A DNA stretch of 64,000 nt from Paraburkholderia sp. (GTDB lineage Bacteria; Pseudomonadota; Gammaproteobacteria; Burkholderiales; Burkholderiaceae). Both the position numbers and the translations under genes were made by a program. The notes below the pieces were generated by a model, which was not told the origin of the DNA, did no database searches, and saw nothing but the letters and a program-made list of their open reading frames with translations. This document shows positions 37,348 through 45,939 of the stretch, piece by piece; the first letter of the stretch is position 1, and every line of letters begins with the position of its first letter. Where the stretch lies: the NCBI RefSeq assembly GCF_035501035.1, contig NZ_DATJWR010000325.1, positions 10,841 to 74,840 of the forward strand, written 5' to 3'.

Positions 37348-38589
37348 ATGAACGGACAATGGACTCAGGTGAAGTCGCACGACGGCGGCGAATTCCGTGC
37401 CTACACGGCGCTGCCGCCCGAGGGCAGCGGCCCCGGCCTCGTGCTGCTGCAGGAGATCTTCGGCGTCAACGCCTACATGCGTGCGCTGGCCGACCGTTAT
37501 GCCGAGGAAGGCTATGTCGTCATGGTGCCGGACCTGTTCTGGCGTCTCGAGCCGAACGTCGATCTCGGCTACGAGGGCGACGACGCGCAGAAGGCGTTCT
37601 CGCTCTACGAGCGCTTCGACGTCGATCTGGCGATGCAGGACGTGGCGCAGACGCTCGCGGCGCTGCGCGCGCATGCGCAGCATCGCGGCAAGGTGGGGGT
37701 GGTGGGCTTCTGCCTCGGCGGCAAGCTCGCTTACCTGAGCGCGACGCGCACTGACGTCGACTGCGCGATCGGCTATTACGCCGTCGGGCTCGAGAACCAT
37801 CTGGACGAAGCCTCGCGCATCCAGTGCCCGCTCATGCTGCACTTCGGCGCCGACGACGCGTATTGCGATGCGGCCACGCGCGAGCGCATCGCGCAGGCGC
37901 TCGCGGGCAAGCCGGGCATCGAGCTCTATACGTACCCGGGCTGCGACCACGCATTCGCTTCGCCGGCGCGGCCTCAGTACGACAAGCCCGCCACGATGAT
38001 GGCGTATTCGCGCACGCTCGCCATGCTGCGCCGCGTGCTCGGCCCGATCTACGACTTCAACGCGCTGTGGGAGGAGCACTGCTACCACGAGTTCGTGGCA
38101 CGCAATCCCGACGACGTCATGCCGACGATGGTCGCCGAACCCTACGTCAACCACATTCCGACGATGACGGGCGGCGTGGGGCACGACGAACTCAAGCGCT
38201 TCTACACGCACCACTTCGTGCACGCGAACCCCGAAGACACGCGCCTGATTCCGATCTCGCGCACGATCGGTTCGGACCGCGTGGTGGACGAGTTCATCTT
38301 CTGCTGCACGCACGACCGCGAGATCGACTGGCTGCTGCCGGGCTTGGCGCCCACGGGCAAATACTTCGAAGTGCCCATGCTCGCCGTGATCTGCTTTCGC
38401 GGCAACAAGCTCTACAACGAGCACATCTACTGGGATCAGGCCTCGGTGCTCGCGCAGATCGGCGCCATCGATCCCACGGGCCTGCCGATCGCGGGCGCGC
38501 AGAGCGCAAAGAAGCTGCTCGACGAAACGCTGCCATCGAATACGCTCATGCCGCGCGCGTGGAGCGAGAGCGAAGGCAAGCCGTTCTGA
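37348..38589 (+). CDS. Dienelactone hydrolase fused to a C-terminal SnoaL-like domain
   Basis: QEIFGVN, GFCLGG (Cys nucleophile), DHAF; C-terminal PYVNHIPTMTGG...NEHIYWDQASVL. Confidence 0.9.
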   Translation: MNGQWTQVKSHDGGEFRAYTALPPEGSGPGLVLLQEIFGVNAYMRALADRYAEEGYVVMVPDLFWRLEPNVDLGYEGDDAQKAFSLYERFDVDLAMQDVAQTLAALRAHAQHRGKVGVVGFCLGGKLAYLSATRTDVDCAIGYYAVGLENHLDEASRIQCPLMLHFGADDAYCDAATRERIAQALAGKPGIELYTYPGCDHAFASPARPQYDKPATMMAYSRTLAMLRRVLGPIYDFNALWEEHCYHEFVARNPDDVMPTMVAEPYVNHIPTMTGGVGHDELKRFYTHHFVHANPEDTRLIPISRTIGSDRVVDEFIFCCTHDREIDWLLPGLAPTGKYFEVPMLAVICFRGNKLYNEHIYWDQASVLAQIGAIDPTGLPIAGAQSAKKLLDETLPSNTLMPRAWSESEGKPF

Positions 38590-38622
38590 GGCTGGCGCTT
38601 CGCGCTTCGTTCTCAAGTTCGT

Positions 38623-38883
38623 TCAATTGAACGGATTGTCGACGACGCCGGGCTTCTGGTCCGGCTCGTCGGCGACTTTGGCGGGCAGGTGCGGGTCGGC
38701 CTGCAGTTTCTTCACGACGTCGTCCAGCGCCGCCTTCAGCGCCAATGCGGCGGCGAGCCCGCGCTTGTCGCGCGTCAGTTCGAGCGTGCCTGCGATCGTC
38801 ACGCGTGTCGTGCCGTTCGTGAGCGTGAGCGCGTCGCCCTGCACGTTCAGGACATCGTCGTCGTTTGCGTATGCGTCGAACAC
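38623..38883 (-). CDS. Small hypothetical protein
   Basis: GTG start 8 nt after AAGGAGG; FDAYANDDDVLNVQGDALTLTNG...VDNPFN. Confidence 0.72.
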   Translation of the reverse strand: MFDAYANDDDVLNVQGDALTLTNGTTRVTIAGTLELTRDKRGLAAALALKAALDDVVKKLQADPHLPAKVADEPDQKPGVVDNPFN

Positions 38884-39202
38884 CTTTTGATCCTCCTTCT
38901 GCGTCACGGGGGCCGTGCGGCGAAAGCCTGACGTGCCCGATGGTGCGGCCCGAATTATAGGGAGCCGCGCGTCGCGCGAGGCAATCCGCTTCATCGATTC
39001 CTGCCGGTCGATTCCTCTTTTCTGCCTCAATTTGCGATGGTTTTGTCATGCCAATGTCAGAGCCGCGCACTGGCGTGGCGCGCACGCTGACACAGGTCAA
39101 ATCGCTCGCGCGAAACCGCGGCGCCCGCGGGCAAACCGACGATGATGACGCACCGGCGCCCCGCGGCGCCAATGGTCTCTAAAGGCAAGCAAGGAATCAT
39201 CG

Positions 39203-39406
39203 ATGGAAATTCTGGATAAGGTAGCCGAAATCGCAGGCGCGGTCGCTGCGGTGGAAGCGGAGAAAAGGACGCGGCGCGGCGCGGCGCTGCTGGCGGAAGG
39301 GGTGGCCGCCGTGATGGGCTGCGAGGGTGGCGGCGCGCTCGCGGCGCTTGCGCAAGATGAACTGGGCAGCGCGGGTGCGGCGGACAACGCCGGTCTGCAA
39401 GCGTGA
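39203..39406 (+). CDS. Small hypothetical protein
   Basis: MEILDKVAEIAGAVAAVE..., RBS AAGGA upstream; GTGA overlap with the next ORF. Confidence 0.5.
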   Translation: MEILDKVAEIAGAVAAVEAEKRTRRGAALLAEGVAAVMGCEGGGALAALAQDELGSAGAADNAGLQA

Positions 39407-40353
39407 CAATGCGCGGCCTGTATCAGGGAGACGCGCGCCGCGCCACGGCTGGGCGCTTCGCAATCGGGGCGGCGCTTGCGCTCGCATTGGGCGCCTGCAC
39501 GATCACGCCGTGGCATACCGCCGAAACCGGCGAAGCGGAGCCGGCAGCGCCTGCGAGCGCCACTGCCGGCGCGGCGCAGGCGCCAGCTGGCGCCGCCTCG
39601 ACGTTGCCCGCGCCCGGGGCTGCGACCGACGCCCCGCCTGGCTTCTATCGCGTGAAGCCAGGCGACACGCTTTACCGGGTCGCGAAGTCGCATCGCCAAC
39701 GCGCCGCCGATCTCGTGAGCTGGAACAAGCTGCCCGCCGACGGGAAGATCCAGGCGGGCCAGCTTCTGCGCGTCGCGCCGCCCGTGAAGGGGCCTGCGCC
39801 TGCCGCCGCGATCCCGCCCGCCCCGCCACAAGCCACGGCCCCAACTGCCCCAACTGCCCCAACTGCCCCAACTGCCCCAACCGCCCCAACCGTCGCTGCG
39901 CCGGGCACAAGCGCGCCATCGGCGACGAGCACCTCGAAATCTGCCGCTCCGAAAGCCGCTGCCCAGCAGCCCGCGGCTGCGCATCACGACGCCCGCTTTG
40001 TCTGGCCGATCGAAGGTAGGGTCGGCCAGCCGTTCAAGGCGAAGTCGAAGGGCGTCGTGATCGCGGGTCCGGCGGGGCAACAGGTGAAAGCGACGGCGTC
40101 GGGCCGCGTGGTCTATGCGGGAAGCGGTATGAACTCATACGGCAGGCTCGTCATCGTGAGACACGATGCGCATCTGATCACGGTCTATGGGCGCAACGGC
40201 AAGTTGCTCGTGAAGGAAGGCGAAACGGTGAAGCAGGGCCAGCCGATCGCGGTGAGCGCCACGGACAGCGCCGGCAACGCCTCGCTCGTGTTCGAAGTGC
40301 GCGAGAACGGCAAGCCTGTCGATCCACTCGCGCGATTGCCGAAGGAACAGTAG
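39403..40353 (+). CDS. NlpD-like LysM/M23 lipoprotein with degenerate M23 active site
   Basis: Lipobox LGAC, LysM YRVKPGDTLYRVA, M23-like FVWPIEG...YGRLVIVRH...KPVDP; start may be ATG 39409. Confidence 0.88.
   Translation: MTMRGLYQGDARRATAGRFAIGAALALALGACTITPWHTAETGEAEPAAPASATAGAAQAPAGAASTLPAPGAATDAPPGFYRVKPGDTLYRVAKSHRQRAADLVSWNKLPADGKIQAGQLLRVAPPVKGPAPAAAIPPAPPQATAPTAPTAPTAPTAPTAPTVAAPGTSAPSATSTSKSAAPKAAAQQPAAAHHDARFVWPIEGRVGQPFKAKSKGVVIAGPAGQQVKATASGRVVYAGSGMNSYGRLVIVRHDAHLITVYGRNGKLLVKEGETVKQGQPIAVSATDSAGNASLVFEVRENGKPVDPLARLPKEQ
39838..39891 (+). repeat. In-frame 9-bp tandem repeat, 6 x GCCCCAAC(T/C) encoding (APT)6
   Basis: Read directly; lies in the LysM-M23 linker. Confidence 0.92.
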
Positions 40354-40392
40354 TTGCCAGCCAGCCGCAATGATCATGGAAACAGAAGCAAG

Positions 40393-40983
40393 ATGAAAAA
40401 AAGGGATTTTCTCGCCGGCGGGTCGCTGGCCGTGGCCGGCTGGCTCGCTGCAACGGCCGGTTGCACCACCACGGGTTCCGCCACCGCCGACCCCGCCATC
40501 GAACACGCGGCCGCGCGCCGCGAGATCGAAGCGGGCGTGGACGAAGTGCTCGCGCGCCTCTATCGCACGATACCGGGCTCGCGCGAACTGGTCGCCAAGG
40601 CGCGCGGCGTGCTCGTGTTTCCGGATGTGACGGGCGTGGGCTTCGTGGTAGGCGCCGAGTATGGGCGCGGCGCGCTGCGCGTGGAGGGCAACACGCTCGG
40701 CTACTTCACGACCATGGGCGGCTCGTTCGGGGCTCAGTTCGGCGCGCAGTCGCGGGCCGTCGTCTATGCGTTTATGACGCGCACCTCGCTTGATCGCTTC
40801 AAGCGCAGCAGCGGCTGGAACGTGGGCGCGGACGCTACCGTCGCGCTCGTGAAAATGGGCGCCAACGGCAAGATCGACACCACGACGGCGATCAACCCCA
40901 TCGAAGCCTTCGTGCTGACCAACGCCGGTCTCATGGCAGGTGTTTCGCTGGAGGGCTCGAAGGTTTCGCGGCTCGACATCTAG
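40393..40983 (+). CDS. YSC84/SYLF-domain lipid-binding lipoprotein
   Basis: Tat-like KKRDFL plus lipobox AGC; ARGVLVFP, GAEYGRGAL, GWNVGADA, GLMAGVSLEGSK. Confidence 0.85.
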   Translation: MKKRDFLAGGSLAVAGWLAATAGCTTTGSATADPAIEHAAARREIEAGVDEVLARLYRTIPGSRELVAKARGVLVFPDVTGVGFVVGAEYGRGALRVEGNTLGYFTTMGGSFGAQFGAQSRAVVYAFMTRTSLDRFKRSSGWNVGADATVALVKMGANGKIDTTTAINPIEAFVLTNAGLMAGVSLEGSKVSRLDI

Positions 40984-40999
40984 CGCGCCGGTCGCACGC

Positions 41000-41788
41000 T
41001 CACCAGCCCCACTTGCTCACGGCGAAGCCGTGGCCGTTGAACGACACCTTCTGTTTGGCGGCCACGTTCGCCGGAATGCCCGGAAACGCAATGCCGCTCT
41101 GCGCTTCGAGATCGCGCACCGAACGCACGTCGTAGCGATCGACGGCGGTGTTGTCCGCGACGATGGCGAACGCGAGCTGCTGCGAAGGCACATACACGAC
41201 CTTGAAGATCTGTGTGGGCACGAGCACGCGCGTGGCGCCGATCGTCTGCAACTGCGCGCCGGTAAAGAGCGGGCCGGTCACGACATAGGCGTCGCCATAT
41301 TTCATTGCGAGCTTGCGCACCGCGCTTTCGATGTGCGACCACAGGCGCTGGTTGTTTTCGCGGTTCTGGGGCACCACGTTCGCGAGTGAAAACGATTCCG
41401 CCATGGCCTGCGCGTTCCAGCGGTTGCCGGCGGGGCTCATATGACCGCGATCGAAACCGCTGCGCTTGTAGTCGGCGAGCGTCGCGCCTTCGCCCTCGGG
41501 CAGGCGGTCGTCCTCGAAGAAGCGGTTCGTGCGCGTCATGTCTTTTGCGGCTTCGAGGTGATCGCGCGTGAGATGCTCCGCCGACCACAGCGGGCCGTGC
41601 GTGATGCCCGAATGCAGGACGACGAAATCCGAATAGCAGAGCATGCGCGTCTTCGGCGCCATGCGCGCATTCGTGAGCGTCGGGAACTGGCCGTCGGGGA
41701 CGAATTGCGAACAGTCCGGCGCGGCGTAGGCATGACTCGCGGCGGCGAGCAGCAGGGAGGAAATCAGCGAGGCAAACAGCTTCTTCAT
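41000..41788 (-). CDS. Secreted DNA/RNA non-specific endonuclease (NucA-type)
   Basis: Signal peptide, FDRGHMSP (DRGH), SFSLANVVPQ, WSHIESAVR. Confidence 0.92.
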   Translation of the reverse strand: MKKLFASLISSLLLAAASHAYAAPDCSQFVPDGQFPTLTNARMAPKTRMLCYSDFVVLHSGITHGPLWSAEHLTRDHLEAAKDMTRTNRFFEDDRLPEGEGATLADYKRSGFDRGHMSPAGNRWNAQAMAESFSLANVVPQNRENNQRLWSHIESAVRKLAMKYGDAYVVTGPLFTGAQLQTIGATRVLVPTQIFKVVYVPSQQLAFAIVADNTAVDRYDVRSVRDLEAQSGIAFPGIPANVAAKQKVSFNGHGFAVSKWGW

Positions 41789-41869
41789 CGAAAGGACTGA
41801 CTGGACTGGGGGAGGATCAGGCGGGCTGAAAGTATAGCGGGCACGATGCGGCGCGGCCATCGGCTTTCG

Positions 41870-41918
41870 GCCATCAGCCATCAGCCATCAGCCATCAGCC
41901 ATCGGCCATCGGCCATCG
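41870..41918 (+). repeat. 7-bp tandem repeat (GCCATCA)4(GCCATCG)3
   Basis: Read directly; one more GCCATCG at 41856-41862; lies 80-130 bp upstream of the nuclease start. Confidence 0.92.
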
Positions 41919-42154
41919 GCTCTCGGTGCGGTCGGCGTGGTGGGTGCGGTGGATGGGTGCCCGGCGCGATGACGCTGCCGGAGCGCGACGGCGAAGCGAA
42001 CGCAAAGAAACGCGCGCCCGTCGAAAGAGCGGGCGAAGCGCGATGTGAAGCAGATGCAATGAGCGCGGCAGCGTTGCGTTGCGGCGCGAGAAGCGAGGCG
42101 GCAAATGAGCCGCCTGCAGTCAATCGGTCAACTCAGGGCCAAGTCAGCGTCAAC

Positions 42155-42514
42155 TCAGCCTGCAAAAATTGAATGCTCGGCGCGGACCACCTGGCGGTCC
42201 ACGGCCTGGAGGCGCCATTGGCCCTCCATATGCGCGTGCGATGATTCGCACGCCCACGTCGCGTCGCCGTGTGCGGAACTGATTTCCTGACGGCGGTTCA
42301 CATGCAGGCCACGCAGCGTGCACAGCGGCTTGTTCTCGAGCGGCGCGCAAAGCGACGTGACACCATTCACGTCGCGCATTTCACCCCATTCTGGCAGGTC
42401 GATCCCTTCGTGAGACTCGCGGGACCAGCGTTGCTGGTCGGTGTCGAGCCAGAGCACTGCATAGTCATGATTGACGGTAGGATCGGAACCGTTGATCAGG
42501 ATCGTAAGTCGCAT
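42155..42514 (-). CDS. Hypothetical protein, probably DUF3564 family
   Basis: MRLTILINGSDPTVNHDYAVLWLD...WSRESHEGIDLPEWG; family assignment from recall. Confidence 0.75.
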   Translation of the reverse strand: MRLTILINGSDPTVNHDYAVLWLDTDQQRWSRESHEGIDLPEWGEMRDVNGVTSLCAPLENKPLCTLRGLHVNRRQEISSAHGDATWACESSHAHMEGQWRLQAVDRQVVRAEHSIFAG

Positions 42515-42818
42515 GGCATCTCCGCAAAAATTTTTGGGCGCGTCGGCAATTAATCAGTCTAGGACGTGTGCGCACACGCGCAAGCGGATCTGCAGGACAA
42601 ATCGACGCGCGCCGATGTGTGCGTGCCCTGACCCCGCTTGTGACCTGCTTGTGGCCTCGCAGACATGGCCACTATCGACGGGATTGAAAATCACAATTGG
42701 GAACACCAGGGCCGCAGCCTAGATTAATAGTGCGGCGGAGTCGCCCACCCATGCTGCACTGCACGTAGGCGAATTGCGTCGCGTCCCCACCAATCAGGTC
42801 GAAACGATGGAGGCACAG

Positions 42819-43241
42819 ATGGCACAGCTAAAGGGCTCGAAGACGGAACAGAACCTCAAGGATGCTTTCGCCGGCGAATCGCAGGCCAACCGCCGTTACC
42901 TGTATTTCGCGGCCAAGGCCGATGTAGAAGGACAAAACGACGTGGCAGCGCTGTTTCGCTCGACCGCCGAAGGCGAAACCGGCCATGCGCACGGCCACCT
43001 CGAATATCTGGAAGCAGTAGGCGACCCGGCAACCGGCCTGCCGTTCGGCACGTCGCGCCAGAATCTGCAAGCGGCAATCGCAGGCGAAACGCACGAATAC
43101 ACCGATATGTACCCCGGCATGGCCAAGGTCGCGCGCGACGAAGGTTTCGACGAAATCGCGAACTGGTTCGAGACGCTCGCCAAGGCCGAGCGCAGCCACG
43201 CCAATCGCTACACGAAGGCGCTGGAAGTGCTGGCGGACTGA
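42819..43241 (+). CDS. rbr: Rubrerythrin, short form without a rubredoxin domain
   Basis: [41 protein letters not shown]; RBS GGAGG. Confidence 0.93.
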   Translation: MAQLKGSKTEQNLKDAFAGESQANRRYLYFAAKADVEGQNDVAALFRSTAEGETGHAHGHLEYLEAVGDPATGLPFGTSRQNLQAAIAGETHEYTDMYPGMAKVARDEGFDEIANWFETLAKAERSHANRYTKALEVLAD

Positions 43242-43401
43242 AGAGACGCCGCGTGCCGCGTGCGTATGCCGGAAAACCCGGTGCCTGGCACGCATGGCAC
43301 GCGAACGTGACGCGCGCGTCTTTTTCCGCGTGCCGGGCGCGATCCGGCGCGCGCCCGCGCGCGTATCGACGTATGGACGATAAATAAAAGAAGGAGACGT
43401 C

Positions 43402-44739
43402 ATGCCCCACAAGGAAGGCAGTCTCGAAGCGCCTACGCGCCATCCGCTCGACTGGCGCTCCGACGCGTTCTACGACCAGGCCCAGCTCGACACGGAGCTC
43501 GCGCGCGTATTCGACATCTGCGCGGGCTGCCGGCGCTGCGTGTCGCTATGCGGCGCGTTTCCCGCGCTGTTCGACCTCGTCGACGAAACCGACACCGGCG
43601 AGGCGCACGATGTCGACAAGGCGTCTTACGGCAAGGTCGTCGATCAGTGCTATCTGTGCGACCTCTGCTACATGACGAAGTGTCCCTATGTTCCGCCGCA
43701 TCCGTGGAACGTGGATTTTCCGCATCTGATGCTGCGCGCGAAGGCTGTCCAGTATCGCAACGGCAACGTGAAGCTGCGCGACCGCGTGCTCTCGAACACC
43801 GACGCGCTCGGCCAGCTCGCCGGCATTCCCGTCGTCACGCAAACGGTCAACGCCGTCAATCACACGAAGGCGATGCGCGGCGCGATGGAAGACATGTTGG
43901 GCGTCGATCGCAAGGCGTGGCTGCCTGATTTCGCCGCGCACAAGTTCCGCAACGTCGCAAAGCGTGCCGCGGCGAGCGAGGTACGCGACGGCGAACGCAC
44001 GCCGGGCAAGGTCGCGATCTACGCGACCTGTTACGTGAATTTCAATGAGCCGGGCATCGGGCACGATCTGCTCGCGGTGCTCGACCACAACGAAATTCCC
44101 TACGTGCTCGTGAAAGCCGAGTGGTGCTGCGGCATGCCTTTGCTGGAGCAGGGCAATCTGGAAGGCGTCGCGCACAAGCAGGCGCAGAACATGCCAATGC
44201 TCGCACGCTATGCGCGCGAAGGCTATGCGCTGATCGGCGCGGTGCCGAGCTGCGTGCTCATGTACAAGCACGAATTGCCGCTGATGTTCCCCGACGACGC
44301 CAACACACAAGCCGTGAGCGAGGCGTTCTGGGACCCGTTCGAGTATTTCGTGGCGCGCCATCGCGACGGCCTGCTCAAGACCGATTTTCGTGCGCCGCTC
44401 GGCAAGGTGTCGTATCACGTGCCGTGTCATGCGCGCGTGCAGAACATTGGCCGCAAGACCTTCGACCTGCTCTCGCTCGTGCCGGACACGAAGGTCACCG
44501 TGGTCGAACGTTGCTCCGGCCACGCGGGCACGTTCGGCGTGAAGAAGGAATTCCACGCCATGTCGATGAAGATCGGCACGCCCGTATTCAAGCAGATGGG
44601 CCAGGGCGAGCCGGACGTCATTTCCTCCGACTGCCAGCTTGCCGGCCATCACATTGCCCAGGGCATCGAGGAAAACCAGCTGGGCGAGCCGCCGCTCGCT
44701 CACCCCATCACCTTGCTGCGCCGCGCCTACGGCATCTAG
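43402..44739 (+). CDS. Fe-S oxidoreductase (GlpC/heterodisulfide-reductase-like, CCG domains)
   Basis: CAGCRRCVSLC, CYLCDLCYMTKC, WCCGMP, CSGHAG, SSDC. Confidence 0.9.
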   Translation: MPHKEGSLEAPTRHPLDWRSDAFYDQAQLDTELARVFDICAGCRRCVSLCGAFPALFDLVDETDTGEAHDVDKASYGKVVDQCYLCDLCYMTKCPYVPPHPWNVDFPHLMLRAKAVQYRNGNVKLRDRVLSNTDALGQLAGIPVVTQTVNAVNHTKAMRGAMEDMLGVDRKAWLPDFAAHKFRNVAKRAAASEVRDGERTPGKVAIYATCYVNFNEPGIGHDLLAVLDHNEIPYVLVKAEWCCGMPLLEQGNLEGVAHKQAQNMPMLARYAREGYALIGAVPSCVLMYKHELPLMFPDDANTQAVSEAFWDPFEYFVARHRDGLLKTDFRAPLGKVSYHVPCHARVQNIGRKTFDLLSLVPDTKVTVVERCSGHAGTFGVKKEFHAMSMKIGTPVFKQMGQGEPDVISSDCQLAGHHIAQGIEENQLGEPPLAHPITLLRRAYGI

Positions 44740-44778
44740 GCGAGGCCATCATCAGGATTCCTTTACGAGGCACGACTC

Positions 44779-45360
44779 ATGACGATCGCGAGAAACTCGC
44801 TGTTGACGCTGGAAGCCTACTCCAGGGTGCGGGGCGACATGCGCAAGCGCATCATCGAGCACAAAAAGCAGCGCGCCGTTTCGCTCGGCAATCACCTCAC
44901 GTTCCTGTTCGAGGACGAGGCCACGATCCGCTACCAGATCCAGGAGATGCTGCACATCGAAAAGATCTTCGACGAAGACGGCATTCAGGGCGAACTCGCC
45001 GCGTATCTGCCGCTCGTGCCCGACGGCAGCAACCTGAAGGCGACCATGCAGCTCGAATACGAGAGCGAGATCGAGCGGCGCGCGGCGCTCACTCGGCTCA
45101 TCGGCATCGAGGACAAGGTGTTCGTTCAGGTGGAGGGGGAACCGCCCGTCTACGCGATTGCCGACGAAGACCTCGAGCGCGATAACGCCGAAAAGACTTC
45201 GGCCGTGCACTTCGTACGTTTCGAGCTCACGCCGCAAATGAAAGCGCGGCTGCGCGACGGCGCAGCGCTCGCGATAGGTTGCGATCACCCGAACTACCGC
45301 GTGCCGACGCAGACCATCGACGGCGAGGTGCGCGCTTCGCTGGTCAAGGATCTGGCCTGA
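44779..45360 (+). CDS. DUF3501 family protein
   Basis: FEDEATIRYQIQEMLHIE, AYLPLVPDG, KTSAVHFVRF; usual third gene of the rubrerythrin operon. Confidence 0.87.
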   Translation: MTIARNSLLTLEAYSRVRGDMRKRIIEHKKQRAVSLGNHLTFLFEDEATIRYQIQEMLHIEKIFDEDGIQGELAAYLPLVPDGSNLKATMQLEYESEIERRAALTRLIGIEDKVFVQVEGEPPVYAIADEDLERDNAEKTSAVHFVRFELTPQMKARLRDGAALAIGCDHPNYRVPTQTIDGEVRASLVKDLA

Positions 45361-45375
45361 CGTTAATTAGATATC

Positions 45376-45840
45376 CTATACGTCCTTGCGGTACATGACG
45401 AACCCCGGCTTGACAGCCACGTCGTCGTAAAGACGCATGGCCGTGTGGTTCGTCTCGTGCGTGTGCCAATACACACGCGACGAATTCGAGGCCTTCGCAT
45501 GCGCATACACGGCCTCGATCAGCGCGCGGCCCACGCCCTGGCCGCGTGCGTCTTCCACGGTGAAAAGATCCTGCAGATAGCAGATCGGCCCTTCCATGAT
45601 CGTGTTGCGGTGATAAATGAAGTGCACGAGGCCATGCACGCGTTCGCCGCGCACGGCGATGAACGCGTGCATGGGCTCGTAGCCGTCGAAGAAGCGCGAC
45701 CACGTCGTGCGCGTGATGGGCTCGGGCAGTGCAGTAGGACCGGAGCGCCCGTAGAAGCGGTTGTAGCCGTCCCAGAGCGGCAGCCATGCATCGAAATCGT
45801 CGGGCGCGACGGCGCGCACCTGGATCGTCGTGTCGGTCAA
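45376..45840 (-). CDS. GNAT acetyltransferase
   Basis: TTG start after GAGGAG; CYLQDLFT, ARGQGVGRALI, VYWHTHETNHTAMRLYD. Confidence 0.88.
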   Translation of the reverse strand: MTDTTIQVRAVAPDDFDAWLPLWDGYNRFYGRSGPTALPEPITRTTWSRFFDGYEPMHAFIAVRGERVHGLVHFIYHRNTIMEGPICYLQDLFTVEDARGQGVGRALIEAVYAHAKASNSSRVYWHTHETNHTAMRLYDDVAVKPGFVMYRKDV

Positions 45841-45939
45841 GATCGTTCTCCTCACGGTACCTTTTGAAACACCCAAGCGTACGCGATCTGTGGCACCATT
45901 ATTAGTCCCACCGTAACTGATAATGTTGGAGCCACCCGT

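Noticed and set aside
41000-41788. Nuclease as an anti-phage or secretion-system toxin
   Set aside because: Ordinary Sec-signal NucA-type enzyme with no adjacent immunity, secretion or defence genes.
41856-41918. Tandem repeats (also 34876-35001 and 39838-39891) considered as CRISPR arrays
   Set aside because: Units of 7-9 bp with no unique spacers and no cas genes.
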